A program made the position numbers and the translations under genes. A DNA stretch of 64,000 nt from a virus. Numbering within the stretch: position 1 is the first letter of the stretch; each line of letters starts with the position of its first letter. Shown piece after piece: positions 10,301-20,526 of the stretch. The stretch is from IMG/VR virus record IMGVR_UViG_3300027708_000051, positions 13,961-77,960 of that record; one strand, written 5' to 3'. The notes below the pieces were generated by a model, which made no database searches, was not told where the DNA came from, and worked only from the letters and a program-made list of their open reading frames with translations.

Positions 10301-12633
10301 GGAGTTATAAAAATATAAGTCATTTAAGTTCTAATTTAACCAATAGTAATATTAATACAGATTCTTATTCGGGTCAAAAATTATATTTTAATTCATTTTC
10401 GTATCATCCTGAACTAACAACAACTTTTGGACCAATAACGGGTTATACTGGTGGAACGGCTTATGTTTATACAGGTCCTATAAATTCAGGATATTCAGGG
10501 TTTAATTCTAATTTAATTAGTTATTATTCAAGTATGGATAATAACTCATATAATACTTTTGCACCTAATTGTGGAGGTGTTATTAATAATGCTCACGGTA
10601 ATATAGACCAATATGTGGCATTACAAGATTTTAGTCACGGTTTAAAAGTTAGTTCTAATAATCATTTTAGTTGGATAATTATTGAAGATACATTTAATTT
10701 TTATGGTATTTTATTTGATACTAACATATTAAATGGTAATTATGTATATTCACCTAATACAGGTTATAATCAAGGATATTTCCCTAATGAAATAATTGAA
10801 GGTGGTCCTGTTATGTATACTAATTTGGATTTAGGTGATGTTGTTTGGTATGATGGTGATGATAACCAACACAACCCAACACGTCTATTTAATACTTCAA
10901 GTGCTCCATTTTATGTTACATCAACTTACTACACACCTATGTATAATACAACAGGTAATACGTTATCATTCTCATCAGGATTAAACGGAAATCAAATAGT
11001 AATGAGAGGTGATAGATTACCAACATCAACAAGTGTTGAGGAATATTGTTGTAATGGTATGGTTTTACAAAAAAATACTAAATTTCAAATTTTCTTAATT
11101 CCTGAGGACGGGGTTATTGGTATTAACAGTAGTCAGAATTCAACTGGAAGTGCTAGTTCAGGTGATTATGCCGCGGTTCATAATGATTTGGCGGGCTCAA
11201 CAGGTATTATTAAAGTTTTTGATTCATTTACTTGTAATGGTTCTGTTAACTTAGAGTGTTATAATTGTAAAAGAGCTCCGGGAACATATAATGGAACAAT
11301 TGAGATTAAAGACCATCCTTGTCAAGAATTTAATGGTAAAACAATTTTTGAATATGGGTGTTATAAATTTGTGACAACAATATTTATATCGTTACTTGAA
11401 GATTGGAAATTAATGTTTGAGTGGATTGCTCGAAATATGGTAATGCTTGGCGCTTGTAGAAATGTGTTTTCACATAGATTCATTAACAATTGGATTAACG
11501 GTACTTTATACGCATTTCCATTTAAAAATGAAATTATTGGATATACCTCACCAACTAGTGCAACACCAAATCAACCAATTCCTAGTTACTGTGATAGAAC
11601 AGTTATATATCATTATCAAACAAAAAACTTTTATTATAGAAGTACATTATATAATCCAACAACAAATGAATTTGAAGTGAGAGGTGGTGATAAAGATTTA
11701 GGTTTCCCAACAACAATTATGGATTTAGGACCGAGAGCTGATTATATACAAGAATTGGTTATGTCTGATGAATATGATGGTTATATTGCAAATAAATTAG
11801 ATACATCTTCTTATGGTACGGTAGATGATATTCTTAATTTATTTATAGTAAGCAGATTTATGGACCAAACATTCTTAAAAACATTGCTTGGGTCTTTAAA
11901 TATTTTAGCATACTTTTCAAATAGTAGACCAAGTAGAGGGGTTGGTGGTGCTAATTTACAAATTGATGCGGATTATGCTCAATTAATATCAATTAACTCA
12001 GAATTAGGTGTTGCACCATTTTTACCTGGAAATTATCCTGATGACCCGGACCCGACAAAACAGAATCCAATTTTCTTTGATTGTGATAATGTTTTAGGTA
12101 TTTTCTTTTCATCAGATACTCAGTTAAGAGATTATATTACACCAAAAAGAACTATTATTAATCCTTCGGGTACAACTACAAGTATTTGTACATTTAGTAA
12201 TTTTCCGGTGTATTCACAAAGGGTTCCACTTTCTCAATGGAGAATAGAGTCTAATGTTGGTAGTCCCGCAGATTCTATTTTTGGTCATCAATATAACAAT
12301 TGGGATTTTAGTGTTAGTGGAGGTACTACAATATTTTCACATAAGTATCAATCATTAGATAGGTTATTAGGTGAATCAAGATATTTTAGAAGTAATGGTA
12401 CTCAAGTACAGTATGATAAAGGTTATATCTATGCTGTTGATAATGGGTCTGTAAATCCACCATCACCACCACATATATCTGCCGACCCAACATATTGGAA
12501 TCAAAATAGTGTGGATATTCAATTAGTAACTGTTGGTGCACCATTTCATTTTTATTTTGGGTTAAGACGAGGGGCGTCAGCTTTTGATAGATTTAGAACT
12601 AAATGGATAAACACAAGTAATATAGTAAATTAA
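7327..12633 (+). CDS. Very large virion (baseplate/tail-associated) protein with internal hydrophobic helices
   Basis: 1768 aa in baseplate operon; N-terminal transthyretin/carboxypeptidase-regulatory-like motif (GRV..NNGFGIPNAKVSIF...TNESGDYMIFGVPVG); hydrophobic stretch about 8790-9060. Confidence 0.6.
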   Translation: MSKSYRVRTKVGVDTSLKVLIEQEFEHLEILSLKILQSDIYTRQCSDYGVIVGRVSVNNGFGIPNAKVSIFIPIDSVDQKNPIISELYPYTSLLVNNDEGYRYNLLPYVKSYSAHVPTGTFFTRNDVLTDPTLIEVYDKYYKYNAVTNESGDYMIFGVPVGSHTIVMDVDLSDIGEFSLSPQDLIRMGIATEAQVSGTSFKSSNNLRELPQIINLSKSIEVEPLWGQPEICNLGITRTDFDLSSEANVDIRPTAIFMGSIISGPNSSSVTTGCRPPNNSGHLCNLTVGPGDILSIRQTIKQDSNGRPILENFSLESGGKVIDENGTWLIDVPMNLDYYTTNEFGEQVLSNDPEVGIPTKGKYRFKVKWSQSPSSSEPTKRGYFLVPNIKEYNGNNTQKSYAFSVDWNDYAYTGTTSDNILAQKIVQEAINCDDKFYLMQYNKVYTVSQFIDGVTAGSGIERYVGIKNILDETCSGLNNRFPTNDGNFRFDILYIIFMFFSIILTPVFFALILLLHILYFVIWLVREFVIYVFISWAIYQSVNAFILSVTSYPALGLIFGYVALGLFYLGLAAFFYWLKKQLDKIDLSGIKVPILTYPDCELCSCSPDSQTSSEGTDDGTGAQALAATNQAKPCPSIKSDNGVTSITLSPGILQLFSVGSYLLKPIGPENLPGPPYLPNTGFLPERIPVYSQEFAGLSYDNQYASVNIGAPYLTLAQSSNPDLSRYVYTTSLPLPDRINLFNVKAKYFDSSAFNPGGGVNRISVNFNPQQSEFHTDNTVVIICDKASIQNLSVGTMVAFQNPTISNDVNLTGGTTNVYGNNAITGFTTTGLSNVTVNYANPNGSGNLQKTYSVNITATTTNTYHKFPTDMEYFQVITAMTYSQFSSQCNPSSSPDSLNNRYINNTTLLGQEYLDGFGYYFWHLNYFHRDNVTLRPMDYVKDKNEVCVLILNRGVDPYTPKVPIEYGLGKLFGYTNEGDKKVKGFYHMNIPIQGSYKNISHLSSNLTNSNINTDSYSGQKLYFNSFSYHPELTTTFGPITGYTGGTAYVYTGPINSGYSGFNSNLISYYSSMDNNSYNTFAPNCGGVINNAHGNIDQYVALQDFSHGLKVSSNNHFSWIIIEDTFNFYGILFDTNILNGNYVYSPNTGYNQGYFPNEIIEGGPVMYTNLDLGDVVWYDGDDNQHNPTRLFNTSSAPFYVTSTYYTPMYNTTGNTLSFSSGLNGNQIVMRGDRLPTSTSVEEYCCNGMVLQKNTKFQIFLIPEDGVIGINSSQNSTGSASSGDYAAVHNDLAGSTGIIKVFDSFTCNGSVNLECYNCKRAPGTYNGTIEIKDHPCQEFNGKTIFEYGCYKFVTTIFISLLEDWKLMFEWIARNMVMLGACRNVFSHRFINNWINGTLYAFPFKNEIIGYTSPTSATPNQPIPSYCDRTVIYHYQTKNFYYRSTLYNPTTNEFEVRGGDKDLGFPTTIMDLGPRADYIQELVMSDEYDGYIANKLDTSSYGTVDDILNLFIVSRFMDQTFLKTLLGSLNILAYFSNSRPSRGVGGANLQIDADYAQLISINSELGVAPFLPGNYPDDPDPTKQNPIFFDCDNVLGIFFSSDTQLRDYITPKRTIINPSGTTTSICTFSNFPVYSQRVPLSQWRIESNVGSPADSIFGHQYNNWDFSVSGGTTIFSHKYQSLDRLLGESRYFRSNGTQVQYDKGYIYAVDNGSVNPPSPPHISADPTYWNQNSVDIQLVTVGAPFHFYFGLRRGASAFDRFRTKWINTSNIVN

Positions 12634-12634
12634 A

Positions 12635-14437
12635 ATGGATGATATTAGAATTGTTTTAGGTTCATTAAGATATAAAACGGCAACAAATACCAATTTATCA
12701 ATACCGACACCATTAGTTCAAAATTCAAAAAATTTACAAGAATTTGATAGAAGTATTGATGTTAATCTGGCTCAATTATTTGATGATGAAAGACAAAAAT
12801 CAACAACATTTAGACCTGTTTGTAAATTTCAGTTATTATATGAAAATGCTTATACAGGTTCAACGAAATATGAACCATTAAAGAATAATTTATATTATAT
12901 AAATGAAGCGGGATTAACAATAAAACAATGTGGTCTTAATGGGGCGGCTATTGCTTGGGAAGGATTTCCACAATATTATGAGTTTGATTTTATTCGTAGT
13001 GATTATAATGTTAGTGGTTATACACAACCACCAAACAATCATATAAATTTTGTATCAAAAAGTGCGTCAACATACAATTGGAATTTTTTTGTTAGTTATC
13101 CTTATCAAAATTCGTATAGTAAAGTTTTAGAATATTATGATGGTGTACATTCTCAAGCGGTTCAATGGACGATTTCTGATGGAATTCCATTTGTAATTAA
13201 ATCAACTGACACATTTGTTAATGGTAACAAAGTTGTAAGATTTGTGTGTCCGGTTAAACACGGATTATCAGTTAGTGAATTTGCTAAAATTAAAATTGTT
13301 GTTAATGGTGTGGTGACCACAAATGAAACATTTCAAGTATTTGAATTAGGTGATGGTCTGCCGGGAACTGAAGAATATGTGTTTAACATTTATGACATTG
13401 GATTTCCTTCTGGTAAATTTGTTTCAGGATATAATGGAACCTTTAAACGAATTATTAATAATGAAAACCCTAATGATACAACATCAAAGTATTATGTGTT
13501 GCAGCATAAATTATTAACTAATGTTGACGATGCGGTAATGGTAAACGCTGGTTTTGAACAAAATATTTTTGGTAGAAAAAAGAAGTTTGAAAGTCCTGCT
13601 TATACACCAAACGATGTTAAAAGAGTTTCAATTAAGGAAGGTGCACAATCATATAGTTTATCATTTAATAAAGATATTGATGTGAGTGTGTTAAGAGATA
13701 ATCAAAAAAGACCAATAACTGAGTTGTATATTACAACATTATGGAAAGGTTATTTTGGGTTAACATTAGGTAATTCGGGTTTAAAACAAGGATATGAATT
13801 TAATTTACCGCTATCACCTTTAAAGTTTCCAAGTAGTTGGTGGTCGTCAATTAATTCATTATCAAATTTTGTTGATGAAAATAATCAACCATATCCGTTA
13901 GGTACTTTAATTCCGGCGACACTTACCACATATACTTTTAAATACTTACAATCGTTAAAAGAGGGTGATGTTGTTGATGGTGGAATTTATGAATGGAATG
14001 ATTATGAACAAAAAGAAAGGATAATTAGTGATATCTCTCATAAATTCACTTATAACTCTTTTGTTTTTGACATTGGTTGTGGTAATCAATGTTCTAATCA
14101 ATTAGGTTATTATTATCAACCACATAATAAAATTAAAATTAGAGATTATTCTGATTATATAGAGACCGGTAGTATTAAGAATATGGAGGATGTTCCGGAT
14201 TATTCTTATTTCTCAACAACTTACAATTCTTTTATTTGGAGAGATTTATATACCTATGGATTTAAAGATAACAGTGGTAATGGTGTTGACTACCCATTTT
14301 TAAATGGAAAACATTACCCATATGCTAATTTTATTTTTAGAATAATACCTGAAGGAACTAATTATATAGAAAGTAGTTTACATAATTATGCAACTCTTTA
14401 CGGAGCTGCAGAACCAACAAACGATAATTGTGAATAA
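12635..14437 (+). CDS. Putative virion structural protein
   Basis: 600 aa, tightly coupled in baseplate operon. Confidence 0.55.
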   Translation: MDDIRIVLGSLRYKTATNTNLSIPTPLVQNSKNLQEFDRSIDVNLAQLFDDERQKSTTFRPVCKFQLLYENAYTGSTKYEPLKNNLYYINEAGLTIKQCGLNGAAIAWEGFPQYYEFDFIRSDYNVSGYTQPPNNHINFVSKSASTYNWNFFVSYPYQNSYSKVLEYYDGVHSQAVQWTISDGIPFVIKSTDTFVNGNKVVRFVCPVKHGLSVSEFAKIKIVVNGVVTTNETFQVFELGDGLPGTEEYVFNIYDIGFPSGKFVSGYNGTFKRIINNENPNDTTSKYYVLQHKLLTNVDDAVMVNAGFEQNIFGRKKKFESPAYTPNDVKRVSIKEGAQSYSLSFNKDIDVSVLRDNQKRPITELYITTLWKGYFGLTLGNSGLKQGYEFNLPLSPLKFPSSWWSSINSLSNFVDENNQPYPLGTLIPATLTTYTFKYLQSLKEGDVVDGGIYEWNDYEQKERIISDISHKFTYNSFVFDIGCGNQCSNQLGYYYQPHNKIKIRDYSDYIETGSIKNMEDVPDYSYFSTTYNSFIWRDLYTYGFKDNSGNGVDYPFLNGKHYPYANFIFRIIPEGTNYIESSLHNYATLYGAAEPTNDNCE

Positions 14438-15260
14438 TAATAGTTATAAATTTACCTTACCAAAAGGAAACGACAAATATATTAATATACCTGTTGAAAT
14501 TAAATGGGATATGATTGGACAAGATGACGCTGTTGAGGAATATCAACAGAACGTTGTTGAAGAGGTTGTTGGTTTTCCTGGTGATTTTGAAATTTTAAGA
14601 TTTGCTCACGCACCATACAGTAGTGATACAAAAACTGACATTAAATATGATTTTCATTTTTTTAGTGTTAATGGAGGTGTTCCACCAAATCCATCTTCAG
14701 ATATTTTAAATCCAAGTGTTAACGCAACTAATTGGAAGATTAGTTATATTCCTGAAGGATTTTTAACAACAGAAATTTATTATTATGTAAAACCATTTAC
14801 CAAGTCATTTTTTAAATTGGATTTTTACGATAGTAAAGACGCTATCACTCAAACAAATTATTTCACAGTAATATTACCCGTTCAACAGGGGTTTACTGTT
14901 ACTGCGGCGACCACATCGTATCAACCTCCGGTTAATATTAAAACACCGTCATTTAAATTGGATTATGTTGGTGATAAAGAAGGATTCTTTTTATATTGGT
15001 TAAGAAACACAAAATTCTTAGACATTAGTAAATTTTATATGACGGCAAAATTCTTTGATGCTCGATTAGGTGTTTTTGTTAAAATGACTAATACGCCACA
15101 AAGTAATATTCCTGCTAAATTTAGATTTAATCCTGAGGACTTTTTTTATTATGAGGTTAGGTTAAATTATTCAAATAAGACGTATGAAGTTTGGGATAGT
15201 AGTAGTAATAGAGCGGGAACTGCAAGTTCAATAAAATGGTATGAATACGTAAATCCATAA
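14430..15260 (+). CDS. Putative virion structural protein (GTG start likely)
   Basis: ORF 14388..15260; in-frame GTG overlapping upstream gene end. Confidence 0.5.
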   Translation: MNNNSYKFTLPKGNDKYINIPVEIKWDMIGQDDAVEEYQQNVVEEVVGFPGDFEILRFAHAPYSSDTKTDIKYDFHFFSVNGGVPPNPSSDILNPSVNATNWKISYIPEGFLTTEIYYYVKPFTKSFFKLDFYDSKDAITQTNYFTVILPVQQGFTVTAATTSYQPPVNIKTPSFKLDYVGDKEGFFLYWLRNTKFLDISKFYMTAKFFDARLGVFVKMTNTPQSNIPAKFRFNPEDFFYYEVRLNYSNKTYEVWDSSSNRAGTASSIKWYEYVNP

Positions 15261-15261
15261 T

Positions 15262-16494
15262 ATGACAGAAAGAGATTATCATATTAAAATATCACCGGAA
15301 TTTATTAGTGGAGACATTTTTAAAGTCACTTACAACGCAGGAACTATAACCGGAACCGGAATAGTTAATAAGTGTTGTGTTATCCCTGCAGAGACGTTTA
15401 AAATTGATTTGACGGGGACATCTTATGTCTATTCATCAATGACTGCGGTATTATCGGGTGGAACAAATACATCTAATGTCTCAAAAGTAACACTTCAACC
15501 AGGTACATCATTGTTAACAGGATTAACAATCCCAATATTATTGACCGAAAATACAATAGACATTGGGTATTATTCAGTTTTTGATGGTATGGTGTTACAA
15601 CAAGACACTATGTTGAATTTTGTATTTTCAGGAGATAGTGTTTCACCATATCAATGTTATTTTTATAATACATCCGATACTGAATTTAAAAAGTATTTGG
15701 AATTTTCAACATATATGATTGATTGGGGGGATGGTTCAACACCTCAATCAGTAACATCGACATCACCTTTATCGCATCCTTATCCTCAAGTAACTACAGG
15801 TCAGACGTATAATATTGTTCTGTCGGGTATGAGTCCTTGGGGAACAAATATAATTAAAAAAACCATATATGTACCATTTACAGGTGCGACAATAACAAAT
15901 AAAAATGGGACGGCTCACTTCCAACCGGCAGGTGGTAATTGGTCCAATACATTATTATCATATGATTATATATTCAGTGGTGATTCAAGTTGTAATGCTA
16001 CGACAGATGATATATGGTTATTTAACACAGGGAATGTCCAACCATTTACAGGTCAATCAGTTCCTTTCTTAATAACCGGATATACAACTTCATCGTTAAG
16101 TGATTTAAAACAGTACGGAACAGTAACATATAAACCGGGTATTCAAGTAACTGGAAATACAGGTATGATTGGTACTTATTCCGGTGTAAGTTTAGATGGT
16201 TTATATACTGCCTATACAATTAATGATATTGATTACTATGATTGGTCTGATGGGACAACAATTTTTGTTGCAAAATCTTCAGGTTTAACTTCTAATATGG
16301 TGGTTTGTGAACCAATAGTGAAAAATGAATTATTATTAGGGGTAATTGACGAGGCAGAAGTGCAATCCAATATATTTATAGAACGAGGGAAGAACTCAGC
16401 ACTTGAGAGAGTTGAAAGATTGGGTGAGGTTGACAACGTAGGTGACTTAGTCAAATACGGGTATAAATTTTTTAATGTAAATACTAAAATATAA
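15262..16494 (+). CDS. Putative virion protein with PKD-like motif
   Basis: IDWGDG..LSHPY PKD-like signature; operon context. Confidence 0.55.
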   Translation: MTERDYHIKISPEFISGDIFKVTYNAGTITGTGIVNKCCVIPAETFKIDLTGTSYVYSSMTAVLSGGTNTSNVSKVTLQPGTSLLTGLTIPILLTENTIDIGYYSVFDGMVLQQDTMLNFVFSGDSVSPYQCYFYNTSDTEFKKYLEFSTYMIDWGDGSTPQSVTSTSPLSHPYPQVTTGQTYNIVLSGMSPWGTNIIKKTIYVPFTGATITNKNGTAHFQPAGGNWSNTLLSYDYIFSGDSSCNATTDDIWLFNTGNVQPFTGQSVPFLITGYTTSSLSDLKQYGTVTYKPGIQVTGNTGMIGTYSGVSLDGLYTAYTINDIDYYDWSDGTTIFVAKSSGLTSNMVVCEPIVKNELLLGVIDEAEVQSNIFIERGKNSALERVERLGEVDNVGDLVKYGYKFFNVNTKI

Positions 16495-16495
16495 T

Positions 16496-17404
16496 ATGGC
16501 TACAGGAACATATGGAACAATAAGACCGGCTGACGTAAGTCCGGAAGATGTTGAGATAATTTTAAATTATACACCATCAAGAGATGAAACAGATAATTTT
16601 GTCTTAACAAAGTTAGATGCGTTATCTATATTAAAACCTTATTATAACAATACTAATACTGGTGTAAGTAACGGTATTGAAATATTAGGTGGTTTATATA
16701 ATTTAAAACTACCTGCAGAACAATTTAATCAAATTGGGATTTACACAATTTTTATTAGACCTGCTCAAATAAGAACTACAATATTAGATTGTGGGGTTTT
16801 ATCTGCACTTCCTAATGTTAAGGGTTTAATTTTTGATTTAAATCAAGTACCTGCTACATATAGAAACAAATTTGTTAATCAAGGGTTGGTTGGTTTTAGA
16901 ATTGAATATTTAAATGCTGATGGAACAAAAATACCTAATTTTTTTAGAATTATAACGTCATCATTTTTTTGTGAACCGGTTGTACAAAATTTAACAAATT
17001 CATCACAAAAATCTATAAGATACAAATATACTGATAACAACACTAATTTATTATTTTGCACATTATCACCATCTTCGGCACCAACAAATAAGCCAAACGC
17101 GACACCGTATATTGGTCAACCAAATCAAAATGTGATTATTACAAATACTTTTTTCAACCCAATAACTTTAGATGTTGAAATCGCAGAACACGATTTCTCA
17201 ACATTGGCTATTGCTCTTTACGGTAATCAAACTAAATCTATGGATGACGGTATCTACACATTATATGATACTAATGATAATATATACAAACAATATAACT
17301 TATATGAAATTAGAGACCAATTTAATGAGTTATTATATGAGGTAAGACAAGATAGAGGAAATAATATAGATTTTAGTAAAAACTTTACAAATATAACTCA
17401 ATAA
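16496..17404 (+). CDS. Putative virion structural protein
   Basis: 302 aa, coupled to neighbours. Confidence 0.55.
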   Translation: MATGTYGTIRPADVSPEDVEIILNYTPSRDETDNFVLTKLDALSILKPYYNNTNTGVSNGIEILGGLYNLKLPAEQFNQIGIYTIFIRPAQIRTTILDCGVLSALPNVKGLIFDLNQVPATYRNKFVNQGLVGFRIEYLNADGTKIPNFFRIITSSFFCEPVVQNLTNSSQKSIRYKYTDNNTNLLFCTLSPSSAPTNKPNATPYIGQPNQNVIITNTFFNPITLDVEIAEHDFSTLAIALYGNQTKSMDDGIYTLYDTNDNIYKQYNLYEIRDQFNELLYEVRQDRGNNIDFSKNFTNITQ

Positions 17405-20400
17405 TGGCTACAGAAAAATTTACGTGTCCACCACAGACAGCATCAGGTTCAGGTACATTTTCCGATAATTTAGTTGGATTCCAGCTTGTTACCGGAGGTG
17501 GGCTAACGCAAGGTAATTTTGAGTTCACAACAGGTATTACTGAAAAATCAAATAGAACTTTTACCACAGGTGCATTTTCCAATCCAATTAATTTAGAAGG
17601 ATTAGGTGTTGATAGTGTAGCCCAATCTAAAACAATTTTTGAAAATAATTTTAAAGTATACCCAAATTTTGATATCACCCAAGTAACGAACTTTACATCA
17701 TATGGGTCGATGGTTAAAAGGATTTCAACATCAGTTGAAACTATTATTAGTAAATTCCCTGCGGCGTTAGAAGTAACGTTTATGGATGAAAATTATATTA
17801 CAGGTACAACTGCGACAAATATTTCTTATAATCCAATTACAAATGAAACAGAAATTGATTTAGATGTTACAAGAATTAGAAATCCATTTGATGTTGATTT
17901 TACGGTTAACGCAACTAGAAACTTAGAGTTAAGAGAAGTTCAAGTTTCTCCGTTAAGAAATATGACGACTCAGTTTATGAATTACTCGTTATATTATAGT
18001 GGTAATGGTTATGATGTCACACATATTGTTCCAACAACATCATTGACATCAGGGATTCTTAAAATATATCTTAAAGGGAATGTTTTTCCAAATCAAACAG
18101 AAACTTATGATGACTTAGTTATTAGACCAAATGATTATCAAGTCAATCGAGTTTTTAATGAGGATTTAGACGAAGTTCAACGATTTTTATTAAATAGAAA
18201 TGTTGTACCTATTTATACTGCGACATTCCAAGTTCCTAATGAAAGTGACGATGGTACATTTTATATTCAAACTAAATTAGTTACTTGGCCTTTGTATGGT
18301 AAATGGAATTTAGATATTTTAACAAATTCATTTACAACTTATTTAACAACATTAAATAATATTAGTGTGTTATTTGATGGGTATCAAACAAATTTAGTTT
18401 CAAGATTTTTAACAACAGACTCTCTTAAAGAATTTGACACGTCTGACCAAAAGATTGAAAAAATATTACAAATATATGGTAGAAGTTTTGATGAAACTAA
18501 AAAATTCATCAATGGTTTGGCATATATGAACTCTGTTAATTATAATACAGGTAATGATATTCCATCACAATTATTAAAAAATTTATCACAAACATTGGGT
18601 TGGTCGACAAATATGTCACCAATTACTAATGATGACTTTTTAGGTTCAGTATTTGGTCAAAAAAATGTGGATAAATCGGCATTTAGTGGTGTAGGTCAAT
18701 CACAAACTCCGGATGAATTAAATTATCAATATTATAAAAATTTAGTTCTAAATTCCGCTTATTTATTCAAATCAAAAGGAACAAGAAAATCTATTGAAAC
18801 TTTAATGAGATTGATTGGAGCTCCGGATGCTTTAGTTGAGTTTAATGAATATGTTTATTTGGCGGACCAAAAAATAAATATTTCTGATTTTAATGCACAA
18901 TATGCTAACATATCAGGTGGAACATATACTAAAATATTACCAACATTAGATGGTGGATATACTTTTAGTATACAAGGTCATATATATTCAGGTTTCACAA
19001 CAACATCTACATTACAAGAAGCGAATGTTACTAAGAGTGATTACCCTATTGATAATAGTGGTTATCCAATGTCACCAGTTAACTCTGACACATATTTTTA
19101 TCAAATGGGTAGTGGATGGTTTGAATCTACACCAAAACATAGGTCTCCTGAACAACCTGATTTAACGACTAGTGTGTTTACGGGGTCTAATCCAAATTAT
19201 CAAACAAAATTAACACCTTTTAGTTATGGTCAAGAATATTTAAATGTTTATAAATCATTTCCATTTACTGATTTAGGTTATAATTTGAGACCTGAAATAG
19301 ATAATAACAAAAGTTGGGTTGATACTGAAATTGGAAATAGAAGTAATTTAGACGGAGGTTATAACGCATTATATAATGCTGGAAATGAAGGGTTAGTTAT
19401 TAATGTAAAAAATATTGATTTATATTTAAATCCTGCACAAGGTTTAGTTTATGATGTTTGGTATATGTCTAGACAATTTAATTATCCTATTGCAAATGAA
19501 GGGTTAGGATATGTTGCACCAACAAGGTGTAATCCAAATCCTATTTCACCATATCCTCATAGAGGTGGAGTTGATTCAACAGTTATTAACCCACAACCAT
19601 TAAAAGAAACATTTTTTGAATTTGCTCAAACATTTTGGAAAAATACTATTAACGTTAGAAATAGACAATATGCTACAGATGGAGGAACTAGTGGATATCC
19701 AACATTATCTTCAATCTATTGGAATTATTTACAATCAGAATCTTTAGCGGGAGTTCAAAATGATAATTTTACATACAAAACAATGATTGAGTATGTAAGT
19801 GGAATGGGTGATTATTGGGTTAGATTAGTTGAACAGATGATTCCGGGTACTACTATTTGGAATACTGGTGTTAAATTAGAAAATTCTATTTTTCATAGAC
19901 AAAAATTTGTTTGGAGAAGACAAAGAGGTTGTGATTTAGTACCTGTTCTTTGCAGACCTTGTAAATTTACGGGAAGTATTTATTTAAACAATTGTAATGT
20001 TTGGTCAAATGTTTGTAATAGATATCCGGATAAAGGTTTTGATGTTGTATTGGCAGATGTGATAAATAATTGGGCAAATCCTGTTAGTGGTCCTATTCCG
20101 GATACCTCAGGTTGTGATTTTAATACTATTAGTAGTAATTGGTTTGTTGACATTCGTATAAATGGGGTTAATATTCCTCAACCTTCATTCTTTACTGGCG
20201 GTGGACTTTATAATACGCCTAATTGTCCGTTACACAATGTGACCGATAGTTATCCTTGTTTAGAAGATTGGTCATACGCTTTAGACCAAACTCTACAACA
20301 AATGATTTCATTAGGGTATGATTATCGTTATGAAGATGTGTTTGGGAATGTTCTTGGATATGATAATAACCAAGCGGTTATTGTTAGAATATGGGATACA

Positions 20401-20484
20401 AATTGTTCTTCAACACAAATAATAAAAACTTTAACAATAAATGTTGGTATACAATTTAGTATAACTTGTCAACAACTAATATAA
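17404..20484 (+). CDS. Baseplate protein with P2 gpI/T4 gp7-like domain
   Basis: LLKNLSQTLGW...YLFKSKGTRKSIETLMRLIG motif. Confidence 0.65.
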   Translation: MATEKFTCPPQTASGSGTFSDNLVGFQLVTGGGLTQGNFEFTTGITEKSNRTFTTGAFSNPINLEGLGVDSVAQSKTIFENNFKVYPNFDITQVTNFTSYGSMVKRISTSVETIISKFPAALEVTFMDENYITGTTATNISYNPITNETEIDLDVTRIRNPFDVDFTVNATRNLELREVQVSPLRNMTTQFMNYSLYYSGNGYDVTHIVPTTSLTSGILKIYLKGNVFPNQTETYDDLVIRPNDYQVNRVFNEDLDEVQRFLLNRNVVPIYTATFQVPNESDDGTFYIQTKLVTWPLYGKWNLDILTNSFTTYLTTLNNISVLFDGYQTNLVSRFLTTDSLKEFDTSDQKIEKILQIYGRSFDETKKFINGLAYMNSVNYNTGNDIPSQLLKNLSQTLGWSTNMSPITNDDFLGSVFGQKNVDKSAFSGVGQSQTPDELNYQYYKNLVLNSAYLFKSKGTRKSIETLMRLIGAPDALVEFNEYVYLADQKINISDFNAQYANISGGTYTKILPTLDGGYTFSIQGHIYSGFTTTSTLQEANVTKSDYPIDNSGYPMSPVNSDTYFYQMGSGWFESTPKHRSPEQPDLTTSVFTGSNPNYQTKLTPFSYGQEYLNVYKSFPFTDLGYNLRPEIDNNKSWVDTEIGNRSNLDGGYNALYNAGNEGLVINVKNIDLYLNPAQGLVYDVWYMSRQFNYPIANEGLGYVAPTRCNPNPISPYPHRGGVDSTVINPQPLKETFFEFAQTFWKNTINVRNRQYATDGGTSGYPTLSSIYWNYLQSESLAGVQNDNFTYKTMIEYVSGMGDYWVRLVEQMIPGTTIWNTGVKLENSIFHRQKFVWRRQRGCDLVPVLCRPCKFTGSIYLNNCNVWSNVCNRYPDKGFDVVLADVINNWANPVSGPIPDTSGCDFNTISSNWFVDIRINGVNIPQPSFFTGGGLYNTPNCPLHNVTDSYPCLEDWSYALDQTLQQMISLGYDYRYEDVFGNVLGYDNNQAVIVRIWDTNCSSTQIIKTLTINVGIQFSITCQQLI

Positions 20485-20526
20485 TAATGAATATAAACTT
20501 TACCATAAATTGAATATAATAAATAA